From IMG/VR virus record IMGVR_UViG_3300046524_000235: 53,476 nucleotides of DNA; one strand, 5' to 3'. Each line of letters starts with the position of its first letter. Positions within the stretch are counted from its first letter, which is position 1. Shown in pieces: positions 49,987 through 53,476 of the stretch. The notes below the pieces were generated by a model. It made no database searches, was not told the origin of the DNA, and worked only from the letters and a program-made list of their open reading frames with translations. Made by a program: the position numbers and the translations under genes. Source of the stretch: a virus. Lineage: Duplodnaviria > Heunggongvirae > Uroviricota > Caudoviricetes.

Positions 49987-50121
49987 GCTGAACAAAAGGC
50001 GTACTGGAATTTTTAGCGCTCTACCAACTGAGCTATGCGGCAACCCGTAAGGCAACCACAGAAGGACTCGAACCTTCGACCTCTCTATTAACAGTAGATA
50101 AACCAATACAAGCGGTTCAGC
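49987..50121 (-). ncRNA. YrlA-like Y RNA 3; permuted tRNA-Asn(GUU)-like
   Basis: GCTGAACCG/TTTGTTCAGC stem; TCTA-CTGTTAA-TAGA; T arm GAAGGTTCGAGTCCTTC; D arm TAGCTCAGTTGGTAGAGC. Confidence 0.8.
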
Positions 50122-50131
50122 GAAACTGAGA

Positions 50132-50303
50132 AAACGAACAAATGTTTGCCAAGGGAGATACTGGATTCACCAGCTTAGCTTTAGCTCAAGCAGAGTACAA
50201 CAATGTTAACCCTCTTGAAGTATCTCTCGTTTCCGAGTACTGCTGATACGACTGTCGTTTAACTTTCCGATAGTAGATAACCCTTAATGCGTTCGGTTCG
50301 TTT
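50132..50303 (-). ncRNA. Y-RNA-like unit 4 with non-tRNA multibranch insert
   Basis: AAACGAACCG/TTTGTTCGTTT stem, GGGTTATC motif, ACT-ATCGGAA-AGT, GAGATACT/AGTATCTC stem. Confidence 0.65.
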
Positions 50304-50313
50304 GAAAATTGAT

Positions 50314-50376
50314 ACGGGCAAAGAAATGAAACTAGGGGAATCAGTAAGAGGGATAACCTAGCATCGAACGGCCCGT
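50314..50376 (-). ncRNA. Minimal Y-RNA-like unit 5
   Basis: ACGGGCCG/TTTGCCCGT stem; GGTTATC; loop containing CTCTTAC. Confidence 0.65.
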
Positions 50377-50385
50377 GAAATGGGA

Positions 50386-50517
50386 ATGGACAAGTAATCG
50401 AATGGATCTGGAATCGCTGTGTTTACCAATTTCACCAACCCCGCAACTGCAGCGGAGTACAGGACTCGAACCTGTAATTTGCGATTTGGGTTTAGATAAA
50501 CCATTCTATCGGTCCAT
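50386..50517 (-). ncRNA. YrlA-like Y RNA 6 (Leu-type D arm)
   Basis: ATGGACCG/CTTGTCCAT stem; T arm ACAGGTTCGAGTCCTGT; closed acceptor ACTCCGC/GCGGGGT; D arm TGGTGAAATTGGTAAACAC. Confidence 0.78.
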
Positions 50518-50571
50518 GAACTTTAATTCAGGCACTGACTCTTTAGAATCAATGCGAGGATTAAAGCGAGG

Positions 50572-50636
50572 GTGAGCAAAAAGAATAATGCTGGGGAGTA
50601 ATCACCAATTGATAACCCAACATAAGAACGGCTCAC
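50572..50636 (-). ncRNA. Minimal Y-RNA-like unit 7
   Basis: GTGAGCCG/TTTGCTCAC stem, GGGTTATC; begins ~8 nt after a -10 box. Confidence 0.65.
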
Positions 50637-50644
50637 TAAGGTTA

Positions 50645-50672
50645 TTATACCATTACTTCTTAAATTATTGAA
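50645..50672 (-). promoter_or_regulatory. Bipartite promoter driving the Y-RNA array
   Basis: TTCAATAATTTA-N8-TGGTATAAT. Confidence 0.75.
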
Positions 50673-50725
50673 AGCGAATTTTGAACTGGAAGATTTTTTG
50701 GCAGATAATCCAATTCGACGGCTCT
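50671..50725 (-). ncRNA. Minimal Y-RNA-like unit 8 with Gly(GCC)-like loop
   Basis: AGAGCCG...GCTTT stem, GAATTGGA/TCCAGTTC stem, GGATTATC, loop CTGCCAA. Confidence 0.55.
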
Positions 50726-50734
50726 CGAAACTTT

Positions 50735-51480
50735 TACAACTATAAGCTTGAACACATTCTGTGCAGAACCTACGACGGTCTCTTCCAACCAGGGGTGCCT
50801 GGCCAAGAGGACGACGTCGTACCACAGCTCCAGAATTAGCTTTACCTAGCTACAAGCTAGGTAGAGTCTTTGCTTTGCCTTTCGGAAAAGCAACGTAGAG
50901 CACTGTTGCAGATACTCTCTGGCTTCCAACTTAACCCTTTCCCTAAAGAACGGATATCGCTATTGAACCAGTTTGATACTTCAAACTCTGTGCGACCCGA
51001 AGGTCGTTGTTCATGATGAACTCATGCGGTGCTTGATGTCCATCACCTGCAGCTCATAACTTATAGTTAACTATATTAGATGAGCTGTTCTCGAACCCAG
51101 AGCATCTCGGTCCCTGGGTTTCGCTGCAGGCGAAGACAACTTTCGAAGAATGTTACATACTTCTAGTAACGTTGTCGTTACTTCTATACTTCATCATGCC
51201 CCCAAAAGGGGTTCAAAAAGCAATTCTGTAGGATAACCCCAGGTTGCTCAATCAAGGGAAGGAGAAAATGTCCTACTCACCATGCACAGCTATTACGTCA
51301 ACATCGAGAGTCTATCACGAGTATTGTCAGTAAGCCAACAACGTGGAAACTCTAGTGATGTGATTTCGGGATTGTCCTTAGTCGCCAGGTATTTACCCTG
51401 AGTATCTTCGATCAGAGCAAAGCCTTCTTCGTACTCTACAACGCTAATGATTTCATTAAACATTTTGAATCGCCCTCTGT
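50735..51480 (-). ncRNA. Candidate large structured ncRNA (~750 nt)
   Basis: No credible ORF; many hairpins, including a minus-strand cUUCGg stem (ACGACC-TTCG-GGTCGC). Confidence 0.4.
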
Positions 51481-51492
51481 TGTTCCCGAGAT

Positions 51493-51528
51493 AAAAAACA
51501 GAAAGGAGCGTAGCTATATATACGCTCC
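51493..51528 (-). terminator. Intrinsic terminator after HTH gene
   Basis: GGAGCGTA...TACGCTCC followed by a T-rich tract. Confidence 0.6.
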
Positions 51529-51562
51529 GTCGAATACTACTATAAGCGATTTATTCTTTTTC

Positions 51563-51826
51563 TTACACTACGGTAAGTTCTTGCGTAATGAAGTCTTGCG
51601 GCGTAACATCTGCTGCGTTAGCCAGCTTGACCAGCGTCGAGAGTTGCGGACGATAGTTACCAGCCAGAGCACCAAGGCGGCTGAACTTTTCAATGCGACG
51701 GATAGTGCTTTCTGAGAGCTTGGTTGCAGCTGCCATATCACTGATCGTCACTTCGCTTTCAAGACGGAGATTGACAGTGTTGCGAACTACGTTACGTGCT
51801 GCTGTTTGAATATTGAGTGCTGACAT
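51563..51826 (-). CDS. XRE-family helix-turn-helix protein
   Basis: TISDMAAATKLSESTIRRIE...PQLSTLVKLANA; start likely ATG 51826. Confidence 0.8.
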   Translation of the reverse strand: MSALNIQTAARNVVRNTVNLRLESEVTISDMAAATKLSESTIRRIEKFSRLGALAGNYRPQLSTLVKLANAADVTPQDFITQELTVV

Positions 51827-51902
51827 CTTGAACCTAAAACAAAGCCACATAAAAAGGAAATGAAGAACACTCGATGTGGCTATGAATGTCCTTCACAATA
51901 TG

Positions 51903-51931
51903 CTTATACCAACAAGTACTAAATTATTGAA
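51903..51931 (-). promoter_or_regulatory. Bipartite promoter
   Basis: TTCAATAATTTA-N8-TGGTATAAG. Confidence 0.75.
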
Positions 51932-52144
51932 TTAAGAGAAGGGTAAACCTCTGTTCTCTCGCCTCTCATAATACTCTTTCAATCGCTGCTGTTCCTGTCT
52001 ATTATACTCAGCGATTTCACTAGTGACTTGAGAACGTCCTTCCTTAATTCCTCGTAAGTACTCTGACCTTCCGTACTCAGCGATTTCTTCTTCACTCATA
52101 CTTCTCTTTTTCAGTCCAGAGAATACGTCCTTGATATTCCTCAC
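51932..52144 (-). CDS. Small hypothetical protein (start probably ATG 52099)
   Basis: Charged helical ORF overlapping the HAD gene end. Confidence 0.5.
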   Translation of the reverse strand: MRNIKDVFSGLKKRSMSEEEIAEYGRSEYLRGIKEGRSQVTSEIAEYNRQEQQRLKEYYERRENRGLPFS

Positions 52145-52820
52145 CGTGAATCAAATGATTCAATTCAAAGTCTTTGCCAGTGAGTGCTGCCCCGCAGAGC
52201 AGAGTGTCATCAAGACTCAAGCCTTCACGCCCATCAGTCAATACAACGTCTTTCATTTGCTGTGGGAGAAAGTCATTGATGTCATCTAGAATTACGTATG
52301 ACTCGACTGTAACAGGTACTTTAGATAGACTCTGAATAAGTCTTCCATTCTGTACGAAAAAGTCTGGACCTGTGTAGTAACGTTTTTCTTTAATGCCTTG
52401 AAGGAAATCAAATATCTGTTCTCCACGATTCCCACGAAACTCAGGGGTCTTGCCTATAACACGAGTAGGATCAATACCCATAGCGCCAAGCACCAACCTA
52501 AGACTGTAGATGTCAACGCCTTCTCTCCACGTAGATGAGACAACGATATGAGCATTGGTAGCAACGAGGAGCTTGTTAAGCAGTCCAACTGCGTACTTAT
52601 CAATGCCTTCCGGATACTTCACATACGGAGCTTTAACAACTTTAGCCCTTGGACCTCCGAAGTAGCCCATATCAGCTTCATGGTCCACCTCAAGGTTAGG
52701 CCATGCCCCTGCAAGAATGAAAGTCTTGTCAGAGTTCAAAACTCCGTCGATATCCAAAAACACAAGACGTGTTTTGGATGTGTCAAGCGTAGGTGCTTCG
52801 TCTTTAAGGGCAACGTCCAT
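52092..52820 (-). CDS. HAD phosphatase of the Swiss-Army-Knife RNA-repair type
   Basis: FLDIDGVLN, IVVSSTWR, RGEQI, YVILDD. Confidence 0.8.
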   Translation of the reverse strand: MDVALKDEAPTLDTSKTRLVFLDIDGVLNSDKTFILAGAWPNLEVDHEADMGYFGGPRAKVVKAPYVKYPEGIDKYAVGLLNKLLVATNAHIVVSSTWREGVDIYSLRLVLGAMGIDPTRVIGKTPEFRGNRGEQIFDFLQGIKEKRYYTGPDFFVQNGRLIQSLSKVPVTVESYVILDDINDFLPQQMKDVVLTDGREGLSLDDTLLCGAALTGKDFELNHLIHGEEYQGRILWTEKEKYE

Positions 52821-52821
52821 T

Positions 52822-53190
52822 TTATATCCTCAGAAGTTTAACAAAGATATCAACCTTATTAGACAACGCCATTTCAAAAGCCATAACGTCTTCTTCATAA
52901 GAGCTATCTGGATCGTAATAATCAAGTCTAGATCCTAACTCGTAGCACAAGTCAAATACCTTACGTGAAATGCTAGGACTAAAGATTAAGCCGTAAGCTT
53001 CTTCCCAAAGATTCTCATTTCGAGCATTGCACGTTATTTTGGTTACCGTTTCGTACATGCTCGCAAGTTCGTTAAGCTTTTGAGCTAAGGAACTCTCCAG
53101 CGAGTTTTGAGACGAGCTTTCCATCGTATTTCCCCGCGTAGTTGTTTTTGAAGATAGCCATGATTTTGCCGATGTTATCCAGTGCAGCAT
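52822..53190 (-). CDS. Hypothetical protein (start probably ATG 53124)
   Basis: LDYYDPDSSYEEDV motif; packed in the operon. Confidence 0.55.
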   Translation of the reverse strand: MLHWITSAKSWLSSKTTTRGNTMESSSQNSLESSLAQKLNELASMYETVTKITCNARNENLWEEAYGLIFSPSISRKVFDLCYELGSRLDYYDPDSSYEEDVMAFEMALSNKVDIFVKLLRI

Positions 53191-53476
53191 TCTCGATGAT
53201 TACCTTGATTTCAGTTTCTGACAACTGAGTCGGCATGAAGCCTTGAAGAAGCTGGCGTTCAGCAATGAGAGCGCCTCGCTTAAGGTCATCCTTCTCATGT
53301 GCAAGCATTTCCGCAATGCCTTCAAGACCTTTCTTGACGATGCTAACTACTTCTTCATCAGTAGGGTCACGATTCTCTTTCTTCGTAGCTACTTGCTTGG
53401 CTTCACCAAGGACAGTACCAAGCTTAGTAAACGAAAAAGAATCACCGAGTTTCAGGGCTTCAACCCGCAGTTGTTG
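53072..53476 (-). CDS. GatB/YqeY-domain protein, 5-prime truncated by window
   Basis: Frame open to the window end: TDEEVVSIVKK...E..LLQGFMPTQLSETEI...IGKIM...AGKYDGKLVS. Confidence 0.8.
   Translation of the reverse strand, partial: QQLRVEALKLGDSFSFTKLGTVLGEAKQVATKKENRDPTDEEVVSIVKKGLEGIAEMLAHEKDDLKRGALIAERQLLQGFMPTQLSETEIKVIIENAALDNIGKIMAIFKNNYAGKYDGKLVSKLAGEFLSSKA

Noticed and set aside
49776-50517. Canonical tRNA genes
   Set aside because: T arms precede D arms and acceptor stems are closed by loops, so these are permuted/YrlA-type rather than standard tRNAs.
50386-50636. Anticodon assignments for units 6 and 7
   Set aside because: No unambiguous 7-nt loop with U33; several registers are possible.
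49776-50725. CRISPR array
   Set aside because: Units share structure and short motifs, not identical direct repeats with constant spacers; no cas genes in the window.
49343-50825. ORFs 49343..49690, 49894..50106, 50375..50575 and 50523..50825
   Set aside because: No recognisable domains or RBS; they overlap structured RNA units or a terminator.
51225-51250. Possible ninth Y unit (GGGGTTATC motif)
   Set aside because: Lacks the RCCG bulged stem and I found no matching 3' strand.

Overview
This window is part of a large lytic myovirus-type phage genome. GH19 endolysin, two-component spanins and the tail-fibre style point to a Gram-negative, probably proteobacterial, host. Plus-strand blocks encode terminase, tail chaperones with a -1 frameshift, tape measure, baseplate, three tail-fibre tips, lysis genes and a phage sigma factor. 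Minus-strand accessory blocks sit behind a conserved bipartite promoter. Four things stand out. (1) A Ro60/TROVE gene follows an array of 8 Y-RNA-like units; most display a different tRNA anticodon loop (Lys UUU, Asn GUU, Arg UCG, Gly GCC, possibly Lys CUU and Pro CGG), and two rebuild complete circularly permuted tRNAs, making this a candidate anticodon-decoy or tRNA-repair system. (2) A phage ubiquitin-like cassette (E1, JAB, E2) has a head-to-tail di-Ubl precursor with identical protein repeats but 30 of 67 codons synonymously changed. (3) Two ~560-bp palindromic, iteron-rich, AT-cored elements form inverted repeats ~46 kb apart. (4) An RNAP beta-prime Zn-module homolog lies within the baseplate operon. 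All assignments come from motif reading by eye; no database search was run.
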